In this document: one piece after another, positions 49,107-59,843 of the stretch | Layout of the letters: every line of letters begins with the position of its first letter | How positions within the stretch are numbered: position 1 is the stretch's first letter | Source of the DNA: Flavobacteriaceae bacterium | GTDB taxonomy: Bacteria; Bacteroidota; Bacteroidia; Flavobacteriales; Flavobacteriaceae | Reading direction: 5' to 3' | Assembly: GCA_947464335.1 (NCBI GenBank) | Contig: CANHWG010000001.1 | Coordinates: forward strand, 24,835-88,834 | DNA: 64,000 bases | Program-made: the position numbers and the translations under genes | The notes under the pieces: generated by a model | What the model was told of the DNA's origin: nothing | Seen by the model: the letters and a program-made list of their open reading frames with translations, nothing else | Databases searched by the model: none

Positions 49107-49670
49107 ATGAAAAGTATGAATGAATATTTAATTCCTTTTATAGGATTAAAGCTAGGAAAGCATCAATTTGAATTTATTATAAATAAAAAGTTCTTTGACG
49201 AATTTAGTTTTGATGAATTTGAAAATTGCGATATAAAAGCAGATGTTGTATTTGAAAAAAAAGCAACAATGCTTGAAATCAGCTTTAAACATAAAGGAAC
49301 AGTTAATGTTCCTTGTGATTTAACTGGTGAACAATTTGATTTACCTATAAAAGGAAATATTAAATTGGTAGTGCAATTTGGAGAAGAATTCAATAATGAC
49401 AATGATGAATTGTTGATTCTGCCACACGGTGAACATCAGATAGATTTAGCACAATATCTATATGAAATGATAGTGTTGTCTATACCTCAAAAAAGAGTAC
49501 ACCCAGGAGTTAAAGATGGTACTTTGCAAACGGAGGCATTAAAAAAATTAAATGAATTACAGGTTAAAGACCCGAGCGCAAAAGAACAGTCGAAGAAATT
49601 AAAAGAAGAGAATAAAGAAGAAATTGACCCAAGATGGGACAAACTAAAACAACTATTAACGGATAAATAA
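49107..49670 (+). CDS. YceD/DUF177 family protein
   Basis: Position before rpmF; C-terminal DPRWDKLK. Confidence 0.85.
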   Translation: MKSMNEYLIPFIGLKLGKHQFEFIINKKFFDEFSFDEFENCDIKADVVFEKKATMLEISFKHKGTVNVPCDLTGEQFDLPIKGNIKLVVQFGEEFNNDNDELLILPHGEHQIDLAQYLYEMIVLSIPQKRVHPGVKDGTLQTEALKKLNELQVKDPSAKEQSKKLKEENKEEIDPRWDKLKQLLTDK

Positions 49671-49679
49671 TATAGTAAA

Positions 49680-49874
49680 ATGGCACATCCTAAGAGAAAA
49701 ATCTCCAAAACAAGAAGAGATAAAAGAAGAACTCACTATAAAGCAACTGTTGCTCAAATTGCAACTTGTCCAGTAACTGGAGAAGCGCATTTATACCATA
49801 GAGCATACTGGCACGAAGGTAAAATGTATTACAGAGGACAGGTAGTTATTGATAAATCAGTAGCTGTTGCATAA
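49680..49874 (+). CDS. rpmF: 50S ribosomal protein L32
   Basis: [19 protein letters not shown]. Confidence 0.95.
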   Translation: MAHPKRKISKTRRDKRRTHYKATVAQIATCPVTGEAHLYHRAYWHEGKMYYRGQVVIDKSVAVA

Positions 49875-50024
49875 TTAAAGGTTTTATAGAAACTAACTCT
49901 CACATTGTGAGAGTTTTTTGTTTTTGACAAATAACACCTTGTAAAGTACATCAGTTTTAATTTTTTTTTTGTAATTTCCACAACTTTTCAAAGTTAAAAA
50001 AAGGGAAAGATTAACATTCAATTT

Positions 50025-51023
50025 ATGAATACAATTACAGCCGCAATCACAGCAGTTGGAGCTTATGTCCCAGATTTTGTACTTTCAAATCAAGTACTTG
50101 AGACATTGGTTGAAACCAATGACGAATGGATTACTACTCGTACCGGAATCAAAGAAAGAAGACTATTAAAAGAAAAAGGAAAAGGAACTTCGTTTATGGC
50201 TATTAAAGCCGCACAAGATCTTATTAATAAAGCCAATATCAATCCAGCAGAAATAGATCTCGTTATCATGGCAACAGCAACTCCTGATATGCCAGTAGCA
50301 ACAACAGGTGTTTATGTAGCTTCTCAAATTGGAGCCGTAAATGCATTTGCCTACGATTTGCAGGCAGCTTGCTCTAGCTTTTTATACGGAATGTCTACAG
50401 CCGCAGCCTATATTCAATCAGGGAGATACAAAAAAGTGCTCTTAATTGGTGCCGACAAAATGTCTTCCATTATTGATTATACCGATAGAGCAACTTGTAT
50501 TATTTTTGGGGATGGTGCTGGAGCTGTTTTGTTTGAGCCAAACTATGAAGGTCTTGGTTTACAAGATGAGTTTTTGAGAAGTGACGGAATTGGCCGAGAA
50601 TATCTAAAGATTGACGCCGGTGGATCTATCCTTCCAGCATCAAAAGAGACAGTAGAAAATAGGCAACATTTTGTTTTTCAAGACGGAAAAACAGTTTTCA
50701 AATATGCAGTTTCTGGAATGGCAGATGTTAGTGAGAAAATAATGACACGAAATAATTTGACTAAAGAGGATGTGAATTGGTTAATTGCGCATCAAGCAAA
50801 TAAAAGAATTATTGATGCAACCGCCAGTAGAATGGGACTTGATGAAGAAAAAGTTTTGGTAAATATCCATAGATATGGTAATACTACTTCGGCAACTTTA
50901 CCTTTATTACTAAGTGACTTTGAGGACAAGTTAAAAAAAGGAGATAATATTATATTTGCTGCGTTTGGAGGTGGATTCACATGGGGTTCAATCTATTTAA
51001 AATGGGCATACAACAAACAATAA
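50025..51023 (+). CDS. fabH: Beta-ketoacyl-ACP synthase III
   Basis: WITTRTGI, AACS, FGDGAGA, HQANKRI, YGNTTSA, FGGGFTWG. Confidence 0.95.
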   Translation: MNTITAAITAVGAYVPDFVLSNQVLETLVETNDEWITTRTGIKERRLLKEKGKGTSFMAIKAAQDLINKANINPAEIDLVIMATATPDMPVATTGVYVASQIGAVNAFAYDLQAACSSFLYGMSTAAAYIQSGRYKKVLLIGADKMSSIIDYTDRATCIIFGDGAGAVLFEPNYEGLGLQDEFLRSDGIGREYLKIDAGGSILPASKETVENRQHFVFQDGKTVFKYAVSGMADVSEKIMTRNNLTKEDVNWLIAHQANKRIIDATASRMGLDEEKVLVNIHRYGNTTSATLPLLLSDFEDKLKKGDNIIFAAFGGGFTWGSIYLKWAYNKQ

Positions 51024-51043
51024 ACTAACTAAAACCAACGATT

Positions 51044-51523
51044 ATGGATTTAAAAGAAATTCAAAACCTAATTAAATTTGTTTCCAATTCTGGAGTTGCT
51101 GAAGTAAAGCTCGAAACTGGAGATATAAAAATCACTATTAGAACAACATTAGAAGGGAACACACCAGATATTACGTATGTTCAACAAGCGCCAATGCAAC
51201 AAGCGATTTCAGCTCCTGCAGCACCAATTGCTGTTGCGCCAGCCGCTCCAATAACACCAGCTTCTTCAGATGATAATTCAAAATATATTACTATTAAATC
51301 TCCAATGATTGGAACTTTTTATCGTAAACCAGCTCCAGACAAAGCTGTTTTTGTAGAAGTAGGAAGTTCTATAGGGAAAGGCGATGTACTTTGTGTAGTA
51401 GAAGCTATGAAATTGTTTAATGAAATTGAATCAGAAATCTCTGGAAAAATCGTAAAAATTTTAGTAGACGATATGTCTCCTGTTGAATTTGATCAACCTT
51501 TATTCTTAGTAGATCCATCATAA
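51044..51523 (+). CDS. accB: Acetyl-CoA carboxylase biotin carboxyl carrier protein
   Basis: SPMIGTFY, EAMKLFNEI biotinylation motif. Confidence 0.95.
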   Translation: MDLKEIQNLIKFVSNSGVAEVKLETGDIKITIRTTLEGNTPDITYVQQAPMQQAISAPAAPIAVAPAAPITPASSDDNSKYITIKSPMIGTFYRKPAPDKAVFVEVGSSIGKGDVLCVVEAMKLFNEIESEISGKIVKILVDDMSPVEFDQPLFLVDPS

Positions 51524-51620
51524 TTTAGACATCTTAGACATCTTAGATTATTAGATTTTTAAAAATTTCTAAGCAGTCTAAGCAGTCTAAAAATTTAAGA
51601 AGTCTAACAATCTAATCTAA
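51524..51620. repeat. Inverted short-repeat array between accB and accC
   Basis: ttagacatc-ttagacatc-ttagatta-ttaga ... tctaagcag-tctaagcag-tctaa...tctaacaa-tctaa-tctaa. Confidence 0.7.
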
Positions 51621-51624
51621 AAAG

Positions 51625-52971
51625 ATGTTTAAAAAAATATTAATAGCCAATAGAGGAGAAATTGCACTTCGTGTAATTAGAACTTGTCGTGAAATGGGCA
51701 TCAAAACAGTAGCAGTCTATTCTACTGCAGATGCTGAAAGTTTGCACGTAAAATTTGCTGATGAAGCCGTTTGTATCGGACCACCACCCAGTAATTTATC
51801 CTATTTAAAAATGTCCAATATTATTGCTGCTGCAGAAATTACTAATGCAGATGCAATTCACCCAGGATATGGTTTCCTTTCTGAAAATGCTAAATTTTCT
51901 AAAATTTGTCAAGAGCACGGAATAAAGTTTATTGGAGCGTCTCCAGAAATGATTGACAAAATGGGAGACAAAGCTTCTGCCAAAGCTACCATGAAAGCAG
52001 CTGGTGTTCCTTGTGTACCTGGTTCTGAAGGCCTTTTGGAATCGTATGAACAAGCTCTGGAATTGTCTAAAGGAATGGGTTTCCCAGTAATGCTTAAAGC
52101 AACCGCTGGTGGAGGAGGAAAAGGAATGCGCGCCGTTTGGAAAGAAGAAGATTTGTTAAAAGCATGGGAAAGCGCGCGTCAAGAATCAGCAGCTGCATTT
52201 GGAAATGATGGTATGTATTTGGAGAAACTAATTGAAGAGCCACGTCATATCGAAATACAAGTAGTTGGTGATTCTTATGGAAAAGCGTGTCATTTGTCAG
52301 AAAGAGATTGTTCGGTACAAAGACGTCACCAAAAATTAACGGAGGAAACACCTTCTCCATTTATGACGGATGAATTGCGTCACAAAATGGGAGAAGCAGC
52401 CGTTAAAGCAGCAGAATTTATTAAATATGAAGGTGCAGGAACAGTAGAATTTTTAGTTGATAAGCATCGTAATTTCTATTTCATGGAAATGAATACTCGT
52501 ATTCAAGTCGAACATCCCATTACGGAACAAGTAATTGATTATGACTTAATTCGTGAACAAATATTAGTAGCGGCTGGTGTGCCCATTTCTGGTAAAAATT
52601 ATTTACCACAATTACACTCTATAGAATGTCGTATTAATGCCGAAGATCCTTATAATGATTTCCGTCCTTCGCCGGGTAAAATTACCGTTTTACATTCGCC
52701 AGGTGGACACGGAGTTCGTTTAGATACTCATGTTTATGCAGGGTATACCATTCCGCCAAATTATGATTCTATGATTGCCAAGTTGATAACCACAGCGCAA
52801 ACCAGAGAAGAGGCCATCAATAAAATGAAACGTGCTTTGGATGAGTTTTATATTGAAGGAATAAAAACTACCATTCCGTTCCACAGACAATTAATGGATG
52901 AACCGGATTATGTTGCCGGAAATTATACCACAAAATTTATGGAAAGTTTTAAAATGAACGATCCTGAGTAA
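51625..52971 (+). CDS. accC: Acetyl-CoA carboxylase biotin carboxylase
   Basis: [43 protein letters not shown]. Confidence 0.96.
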   Translation: MFKKILIANRGEIALRVIRTCREMGIKTVAVYSTADAESLHVKFADEAVCIGPPPSNLSYLKMSNIIAAAEITNADAIHPGYGFLSENAKFSKICQEHGIKFIGASPEMIDKMGDKASAKATMKAAGVPCVPGSEGLLESYEQALELSKGMGFPVMLKATAGGGGKGMRAVWKEEDLLKAWESARQESAAAFGNDGMYLEKLIEEPRHIEIQVVGDSYGKACHLSERDCSVQRRHQKLTEETPSPFMTDELRHKMGEAAVKAAEFIKYEGAGTVEFLVDKHRNFYFMEMNTRIQVEHPITEQVIDYDLIREQILVAAGVPISGKNYLPQLHSIECRINAEDPYNDFRPSPGKITVLHSPGGHGVRLDTHVYAGYTIPPNYDSMIAKLITTAQTREEAINKMKRALDEFYIEGIKTTIPFHRQLMDEPDYVAGNYTTKFMESFKMNDPE

Positions 52972-52972
52972 T

Positions 52973-53005
52973 AAAAAAACCCAACTTGAAAGAGTTGGGT
53001 TTTTT
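52973..53005. terminator. Bidirectional terminator
   Basis: aaaaaacccaact-tgaaag-agttgggttttt. Confidence 0.8.
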
Positions 53006-53009
53006 AATG

Positions 53010-54920
53010 TTATAAAGTTTCCTTTAACCATTTATAAAATTCACGCTGCCAAACCATTCCGTTTTGTGGTTTTAATACCCAATGATTTTCTTCTGGTAAG
53101 TAAAGCAAACGGCTTTTTATGCCGCGTAGTTGTGCTGCCTGAAATGCCTCTTGTGATTGGCCTATTGGCACACGAAAATCTTTTCCGCCTTGCACAATAA
53201 GTATTGGCGTATTCCATTGGTCTACAAAATTTATAGGGTTGAATTGGTTATATGATTTTTGTGCAGCTTCATTTTCTTTCTCCCAATAAGCACCACCAAA
53301 ATCCCAGTTGTTGAAGAATACTTCTTCAGTAGTGCCAAACATACTTTGGGTATTGAAAACGCCATCGTGGGCAATGAATGTTTTAAATCTGTTTTTGTGA
53401 ATTCCAGCCAAATAGAAAACAGAATAACCACCGTAACTAGCACCAACACAACCTAAACGAGCTTTATCTACATAACTTTCTTTTGACACATCGTCTATGG
53501 CCGAAAGATAGTCGTCCATCACTTGCCCACCCCAATCTTTAGATATTTGTTCGTTCCAAGCGCGTCCATGACCATACATACCCCGACGATTTGGGGCTAC
53601 TACTATATATCCTTGTGACGCCATTAATGAAAAATTCCAACGGAATGAATAAAATTGAGTTAATGGTGATTGTGGTCCGCCTTGGCAATAGAGCAATGTT
53701 GGGTATTGTTTGGTTTTGTCAAAATTGGGAGGAAGTATAACCCAAACCAACATTTTTTTATTATCAGTAGTAGTTACATAGCGTCTTTCATATTTAGGCA
53801 ATGACAAAGTAGAATAAAAGTCATCATTGGTTTTAGTGAGCTGAGTAAACGATTTTTTCTTATGGTTAAATGCATAAATTTCAGAAGCATGATTCATGTC
53901 AGTTCTTGTAACGATGATGTTATCGCCACTAAAACCAACAATATCATGTACATCAAAATCGCCACTTGAAATTTGTTTCACACTCATGGCTATTCTTTTT
54001 ACACCAGGAAAATTAACTTCAAATAATTGTAAAGTTCCATCAATAGCGGCAATAAAATATACTTTTGTCCCATCGGGACTCCATTTAAAACTTTCCACAG
54101 AACCATCCCAGTTACTAGTTAAATTATAATCAACCTCCATAAAGCGAACAATAATATCATTTTTATCCGCTTCATAACCATCGCGTTTCATTTGCAACCA
54201 AGTCAAATATCCGCCTGGAGAAAATGTTGGATTAGTATCGTATCCTGGATTGTTTTCGGTTAGATTTTTAGTTGTTTTAGTTTCAATATTGTATTCATAC
54301 AAATCGGTATTGGTAGAAACGGCATAGGCAGTACCAAATTTCTTTTTGCATACATAAATGATTTTTTTACTATCGGGTGACCAAATATAATCTTCATCTC
54401 CACCAAAAGGTTTTTGAGGAGCATCAAAAGGTTCGTCTTTCATAATGTCAATCGGGCGCGCTTTAGCTCCTTTATTGATAGCATAAAAAACATGATTATG
54501 CGTTCCGTTATTCCAAGTGTCCCAATGACGATAATCTAAACCATCGTAAATTTGAGCTTCAGATTTATCTAATTCGGGATAAAAATCTTTACCTAAAACT
54601 TTTTCTGTTTTAACTTCCTCGCTAGATAAAATAAATCTTCCGTCTGGAGAAACATTTTTATCTTTTAATAGTTCTTTGGTTTGCAATTCTTGAATTTCAG
54701 TTGGATTGCCTCCAGTAACAGGAATAGTATAAAATTTTGAATTGGATTTGTTTTCTTCTACAGAAGGAGTAGCTACTTTGTAAACAATATTTTTTCCGTC
54801 TGTTGATATTCCAAGTGGAGAAACTCGACCTAGTTTCCATAAAGAATCTGGAGATAAAACTTGTTGAGCCGATGCCGTTATACTCATTGTAGTAATGATT
54901 AATAAAAGAATTTTTTTCAT
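53010..54920 (-). CDS. S9-family (prolyl oligopeptidase/dipeptidyl peptidase-like) serine peptidase
   Basis: Signal peptide, beta-propeller, QGGPQ, GASYGG, DFRVP, ENHWV. Confidence 0.9.
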   Translation of the reverse strand: MKKILLLIITTMSITASAQQVLSPDSLWKLGRVSPLGISTDGKNIVYKVATPSVEENKSNSKFYTIPVTGGNPTEIQELQTKELLKDKNVSPDGRFILSSEEVKTEKVLGKDFYPELDKSEAQIYDGLDYRHWDTWNNGTHNHVFYAINKGAKARPIDIMKDEPFDAPQKPFGGDEDYIWSPDSKKIIYVCKKKFGTAYAVSTNTDLYEYNIETKTTKNLTENNPGYDTNPTFSPGGYLTWLQMKRDGYEADKNDIIVRFMEVDYNLTSNWDGSVESFKWSPDGTKVYFIAAIDGTLQLFEVNFPGVKRIAMSVKQISSGDFDVHDIVGFSGDNIIVTRTDMNHASEIYAFNHKKKSFTQLTKTNDDFYSTLSLPKYERRYVTTTDNKKMLVWVILPPNFDKTKQYPTLLYCQGGPQSPLTQFYSFRWNFSLMASQGYIVVAPNRRGMYGHGRAWNEQISKDWGGQVMDDYLSAIDDVSKESYVDKARLGCVGASYGGYSVFYLAGIHKNRFKTFIAHDGVFNTQSMFGTTEEVFFNNWDFGGAYWEKENEAAQKSYNQFNPINFVDQWNTPILIVQGGKDFRVPIGQSQEAFQAAQLRGIKSRLLYLPEENHWVLKPQNGMVWQREFYKWLKETL

Positions 54921-55013
54921 TTTGGTAAGTTATTTAAAGTCTAAAAGTAACAAATATAATTAACAAAAAAAGCCACACTTTTCAGTATGGCTTTTGTTTT
55001 TTCCAAAAAATAA

Positions 55014-58000
55014 TTATTCTTTGATAAATCGTTTTGTACTAGTTGAAGTCCCATTAGATAATTCAAGTAAGAAAGTACCCGAATTTAATGATGCTACATT
55101 AATTGCATCATTTTCTATTTTCCCACTTCCTAATTCTTGACCCAACATATTGAAAATTCTATAGGTTGATGGAGAATCAAGATTAGCAATGTTTAACACA
55201 TCACCTTTAACAGGGTTTGGATATAAGTTGAAGGAAATAGCACTATTTTCCTCATCAAATCTCGCAGTAGCGGTAATGTTTACGGTATAATCTTCAACTT
55301 CACCATCAGTAAAAATTTCACATGATGTTGGAGAAGCATTATATTTCATAGAAACACGCATTCTTGTTGCTCCTAATAAAGCAGTGGTTGGTACTGTAAA
55401 GTTTCCTGAGATAGGAGTTGCAGTAGTTCTATTTCTATTAAAAACTTGTTCTCCGGCATCAAGGAAATCGCCATCTCTGTTATAGTCAATCCAAACTCTA
55501 TACGCTTCACTAAATACAGTACTTGTCCAACCTGGTGTAATCGTAATAGGATTACTTGTTCCACGAACTAAATTGGTTGATAATGAGGTAAAGTTACCAT
55601 ACCCACCATTATTTCCAGACAGATTATTAATCGTTCTCAATTGAACTCTATTAATAAATTCATCTGCAGTGTTATTTCCTCTAGAAGCACAGTAAGTAAC
55701 CGTTGAAACAGCTAAAGTTGTAACTGAAACTGTATTGCTGTTAAGAGAAACATTTCCGGCAGCATCTTTTGCACGTACATTAAAAGTGTAATCTGTTGAA
55801 GCAGTTAAACCAGTTACTGCAAAAGTAGTTGCTGTAGTTGTAGAACCAATTAAAGCGCCATTTCTTAAGACATCATATCCGGTTACCGCTACGTTATCAG
55901 TAGCCCCAGTCCAAGATAAATTGGTTGTAGTTTGAGTAGTTCCTGAAGCTGATAATGTTGGCGCTGTAGGTGCTGTGGTATCTGGAGTTAATGTTGTAAC
56001 AGTAACGGTATTGCTGTTAAGAGAAACATTTCCGGCAGCATCTTTAGCTCTTACATTAAAAGTATATGCTGTTGAAGCGGTTAAACCAGTTACAGCAAAA
56101 GTAGTTGCTGTAGTTGTAGAACCAATTAAAGCACCATTTCTTAACACATCATATCCAGTTACTGCTACATTATCCGTAGCGCCAGACCAAGATAAATTGG
56201 TTGTAGTTTGAGTAGTTCCCGATGCAGATAAAGTTGGAGCACTAGGAGCAGTTGTGTCAGGAGCTGGAGTTAATGTTGTAACAGAAACGGCATTGCTATC
56301 AGGTGAAACATTTCCGGCAGCATCTTTAGATTTTACAGTGAATGAATATACTGTTGATGCGGTTAAACCAGTTACTGCAAATGTAGTTGCAGTAGTTGTA
56401 GAACCAATTAAAGCACCATTTCTAAAAACATCATATCCGGTTACCGCTACATTATCCGTAGCACCAGACCATGACAAGTTTGTAGTTGTTTCAGTTGTTC
56501 CGGAGGCAGATAAAGTTGGAGCTGTAGGTGCAACAGTATCTGGAGCAGCACCTGCAGAAATGGTAAAATTAGTGTTAGAAACATCAAAGAAGATATGATT
56601 GGTTCCTTTAACCATGATTCTGTTTGTTGTTCCTGGAGTATTTGGAATGTTAACCGCTTGAGTTCCGTCATTTGGAGTAGCCGCTACTAAAGTTGACCAT
56701 GTTGTACCAGCATCAGTAGATAAAAGAATATCAACATTAGCACAGTTTACACCATTTGCGGTTGTACCAGCAACTGCCCAAGTAATTGTTTGTGAACTTC
56801 CTCCTACGAAAGAAACAGCCGTATTTGGAGAATTAACCGTAAATGGTCCAGCGGTACCATTTACAGTGACGATCATATCATCTGAATTATTAGCTGATCC
56901 GCCAGCTTTATTGTCACGAACGGTTAATCTGAAATTCATAGTTCTTGCTACCGATGGTAAAGCTTCTACAGCAATCTCAGTACCAGCAGTTGTAGTAGCT
57001 CCAGTTAAAACCGATTGAATTCTTGGAAAATATCGAACTGGAGTAGCAGTTGAGTTGTACGAACGGAAAGTTGGTCCGGAAGTTCTTGTAGCACTCGCAG
57101 CAGAACTTGCTCCGGTTGCGGTTGAAGCTGCATTATCAAATTGTTCCCAGTTATAAGATAACACATCACCATTAGCATCGCTTCCTGATCCTGTTAGTAC
57201 AAAAGGAGTACTTCTAGGAATGGTGTAATCTAACCCTGCATTTGCAGTTGGTACAGCGTTTCCGGTTGGGGTATTTATTTGACAAGTTTTAGTTTTTACA
57301 TTATTAGTAATTTGTTGAATGCTAGCAGCATGAAAATAAGCATCTGAATTTGGCTGAACATCTTGAGCAGTAATTCCAGCATAACCCATAATCGTAGATC
57401 CTGATCCCGGCTCCATGTTTACACCTGTACCTTCATTACTCATAGAAAAAGTATGGTTTCCGCCAAATTGATGCCCGATTTCGTGAGCCACATAATCGAT
57501 ATCAAATGTATCTCCGGTTGGAATGGTACTTGAAGTAAAACCACTTCCTTTTGAACCATTTACACAAACACAACCGATACATCCTGCATTTCCGTTGTTA
57601 GAAGCTCTCACAAATACATGCCCAACATCATAATTGGCTTCTCCAATTACAGAAGTTAATGTGCTTTGTAATTGACTATTATAAGTTGTAGTGTAAGGAT
57701 CTGTAGCAGCATCTGTATAAATTACCGCATCATTGTTAGCAATTAACACCATTCTAATCGCAAAATCTTTTTCAAAAACACCATTAACTCGGGTCATTGA
57801 AGCATTAATTGCAGCAAGTGCTCCTGCTTTTGTTCCGCCAAAGTAAGCTGTATATTCTCCAGTTGTAGACACTGCTAAACGAAACGTACGTAAAGTCGAA
57901 TCGTCAGCATTTGGACGTAATGTTTCTCCAGCTTGTGTAGTAACTTGATTAATTACCTTACATTCAAAAGGCGTAAAAGTAGTTGATTTATCTGCTTTTT

Positions 58001-58481
58001 TATAAACAGTGTAAGTCGTTAAATCTTCCGATATTGGTTCAATAAAAACAGCAGATCTATCTGCTCCAATTACCATTGATTTAAAACCAAGTGGCGACAT
58101 ACTAAAATAGGCAGTCAACGTTGGATTGTCAATTCCTATTCCAATATAAGATTTTATTTCTGGAAATCTAGCAGCTAATGCAGGATCCATTGTAGGATTT
58201 TCGAAAATACTAAAACGCTCCAAAACACCATCATTATTTGGGATTGAAAGTACTGTGCTAGAAACTTTTGAACTGGCATTTCTTAAAGGAGCATTGTTTA
58301 GATTTGTCTTTAGATTTACAAGATTTAAATCGAAAAGTGTTTTTTCTGGAAGTTGCATATTTGCTTCCAACGGAATCATGTTACTTTTTTTAGAAGTAGA
58401 ATTCCAAAGTGCACTTTTGTTTTGAGCAAATGAAGCACTTACAATTGCGAATAATGCAAGAAGTAGTAATTTACATTTCAT
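55014..58481 (-). CDS. T9SS-secreted reprolysin-like (M12B) metallopeptidase with 3 FN3 repeats, GEVED domain and T9SS CTD
   Basis: HEIGHQFGGNH, EPGSGSTIMGY Met-turn, 3x DTxAPxAP...WxGATDNVAVTGY, GEVEDY, LYPNPV...TKRFIKE. Confidence 0.92.
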   Translation of the reverse strand: MKCKLLLLALFAIVSASFAQNKSALWNSTSKKSNMIPLEANMQLPEKTLFDLNLVNLKTNLNNAPLRNASSKVSSTVLSIPNNDGVLERFSIFENPTMDPALAARFPEIKSYIGIGIDNPTLTAYFSMSPLGFKSMVIGADRSAVFIEPISEDLTTYTVYKKADKSTTFTPFECKVINQVTTQAGETLRPNADDSTLRTFRLAVSTTGEYTAYFGGTKAGALAAINASMTRVNGVFEKDFAIRMVLIANNDAVIYTDAATDPYTTTYNSQLQSTLTSVIGEANYDVGHVFVRASNNGNAGCIGCVCVNGSKGSGFTSSTIPTGDTFDIDYVAHEIGHQFGGNHTFSMSNEGTGVNMEPGSGSTIMGYAGITAQDVQPNSDAYFHAASIQQITNNVKTKTCQINTPTGNAVPTANAGLDYTIPRSTPFVLTGSGSDANGDVLSYNWEQFDNAASTATGASSAASATRTSGPTFRSYNSTATPVRYFPRIQSVLTGATTTAGTEIAVEALPSVARTMNFRLTVRDNKAGGSANNSDDMIVTVNGTAGPFTVNSPNTAVSFVGGSSQTITWAVAGTTANGVNCANVDILLSTDAGTTWSTLVAATPNDGTQAVNIPNTPGTTNRIMVKGTNHIFFDVSNTNFTISAGAAPDTVAPTAPTLSASGTTETTTNLSWSGATDNVAVTGYDVFRNGALIGSTTTATTFAVTGLTASTVYSFTVKSKDAAGNVSPDSNAVSVTTLTPAPDTTAPSAPTLSASGTTQTTTNLSWSGATDNVAVTGYDVLRNGALIGSTTTATTFAVTGLTASTAYTFNVRAKDAAGNVSLNSNTVTVTTLTPDTTAPTAPTLSASGTTQTTTNLSWTGATDNVAVTGYDVLRNGALIGSTTTATTFAVTGLTASTDYTFNVRAKDAAGNVSLNSNTVSVTTLAVSTVTYCASRGNNTADEFINRVQLRTINNLSGNNGGYGNFTSLSTNLVRGTSNPITITPGWTSTVFSEAYRVWIDYNRDGDFLDAGEQVFNRNRTTATPISGNFTVPTTALLGATRMRVSMKYNASPTSCEIFTDGEVEDYTVNITATARFDEENSAISFNLYPNPVKGDVLNIANLDSPSTYRIFNMLGQELGSGKIENDAINVASLNSGTFLLELSNGTSTSTKRFIKE

Positions 58482-58587
58482 AATTATTTAGTTTGGTTAA
58501 ATTAGAACCTCAAAAATAAAATTATTTTTAATTAATAGTTATAATCCAAAATAAATCTATTAACAAATCGACAAACAACACCTTAAC

Positions 58588-58642
58588 TATAGTTAAATAA
58601 ATTAAAATCACATAAAATATAGTTAAACAAATTAAAATCACA
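58588..58642. repeat. 25-bp direct repeat at 30-bp period in a divergent promoter region
   Basis: tatagttaaataaattaaaatcaca / tatagttaaacaaattaaaatcaca. Confidence 0.7.
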
Positions 58643-58725
58643 AAAAATTCTTATGAAAATGATGAATTATTACTATTTATATTATGGTTTATCTTAAAAA
58701 AAGTATTTTTAAAAAAAATAATCAA

Positions 58726-59841
58726 ATGAATCTTAGTTACTGGGAGCTAAAAAACTGGTTTTCAAATGTCGATTTTACTGTTGTTGGTAGTGGAATCGTT
58801 GGTCTTCATTGTGCCTTGGCTTTACGCGATAAATTTCCAGACCGTAAAATATTGGTTTTAGAAAAGGGAATGTTGCCCCAAGGAGCAAGTACAAAAAATG
58901 CAGGATTTGCTTGTTTTGGTAGTATTTCAGAAATTCTAGATGATTTGAAGTCACATACTGAGGAAGAAGTTATTCAACTCATTCAAAAACGTTGGGATGG
59001 ATTGCAACTACTTCGAAAAAATTTAGGTGATCTTGCTATAGATTTCAAACCTTTTGGTGGTTACGAATTGTTTTTAAAAAATGACGAAAACGGTTATTCG
59101 GACTGTTTACAAAGAATGCCATTTATAAATGAAATTTTACACCCAATTTTTAGAAATGATGTTTTTTGCAAAGAAGTGGATCGATTTGATTTTAAAAACA
59201 TACAAGAGTTTGTCGTTTTTAATCCCTTTGAAGCTCAAATTGATACGGGTAAAATGATGCAATCTTTGTTACAAAAAGCAAGTAGTAATAACATAATGAT
59301 TTTAAATCAAATAGAAGTTAGCGCATTTCATGAAAGTAGTTCCGGGGTCCAAATTTGTTTCAGGGATTTCAGTTTTACTAGTAAAAAACTATTGTTTGCG
59401 ACCAATGGTTTTGCACAAAAACTAACGAACAACCAAGTCAAACCAGCCAGAGCTCAAGTATTAATTACCGAACCCATTCCGAATTTAGATATTAAAGGAA
59501 CTTTTCACTTAGATAAAGGCTACTATTATTTCAGAAATATTGATGATAGAATACTACTTGGTGGAGGAAGAAATTTAGCTTTTGAGACCGAGACTACAAC
59601 TGAAATCGGTCAAACTGAATTAATTCAAAATCGTTTGGAAACATTATTAAAAGAAGTAATTTTACCCAACACCGATTTTAAAATTGCACATCGTTGGAGC
59701 GGTATCATGGGAATGGGTTCAACTAAAAATCCAATAGTAGAGCAATTGTCAGATAATGTTTATTGCGGTGTGCGCTTAGGCGGAATGGGAGTGGCTATTG
59801 GTAGTTTAATAGGTCAAGAATTAGCAGATTTAGTCAATTAA
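58726..59841 (+). CDS. FAD-dependent oxidoreductase (DAO family)
   Basis: MNLSYWE, VVGSGIVG, GASTKNAG, RWSGIMG, GGMGVAIG. Confidence 0.85.
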   Translation: MNLSYWELKNWFSNVDFTVVGSGIVGLHCALALRDKFPDRKILVLEKGMLPQGASTKNAGFACFGSISEILDDLKSHTEEEVIQLIQKRWDGLQLLRKNLGDLAIDFKPFGGYELFLKNDENGYSDCLQRMPFINEILHPIFRNDVFCKEVDRFDFKNIQEFVVFNPFEAQIDTGKMMQSLLQKASSNNIMILNQIEVSAFHESSSGVQICFRDFSFTSKKLLFATNGFAQKLTNNQVKPARAQVLITEPIPNLDIKGTFHLDKGYYYFRNIDDRILLGGGRNLAFETETTTEIGQTELIQNRLETLLKEVILPNTDFKIAHRWSGIMGMGSTKNPIVEQLSDNVYCGVRLGGMGVAIGSLIGQELADLVN

Positions 59842-59843
59842 TT

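Noticed and set aside
49680-51023. Absence of plsX between rpmF and fabH, and L32 lacking a full zinc ribbon
   Set aside because: To my knowledge the usual state in Flavobacteriaceae, not a novelty
55975-56671. Short alternative-frame and antisense ORFs over the FN3 repeats, and similar ORFs inside other long genes
   Set aside because: Shadow ORFs fully overlapping well-supported genes, with no independent motifs
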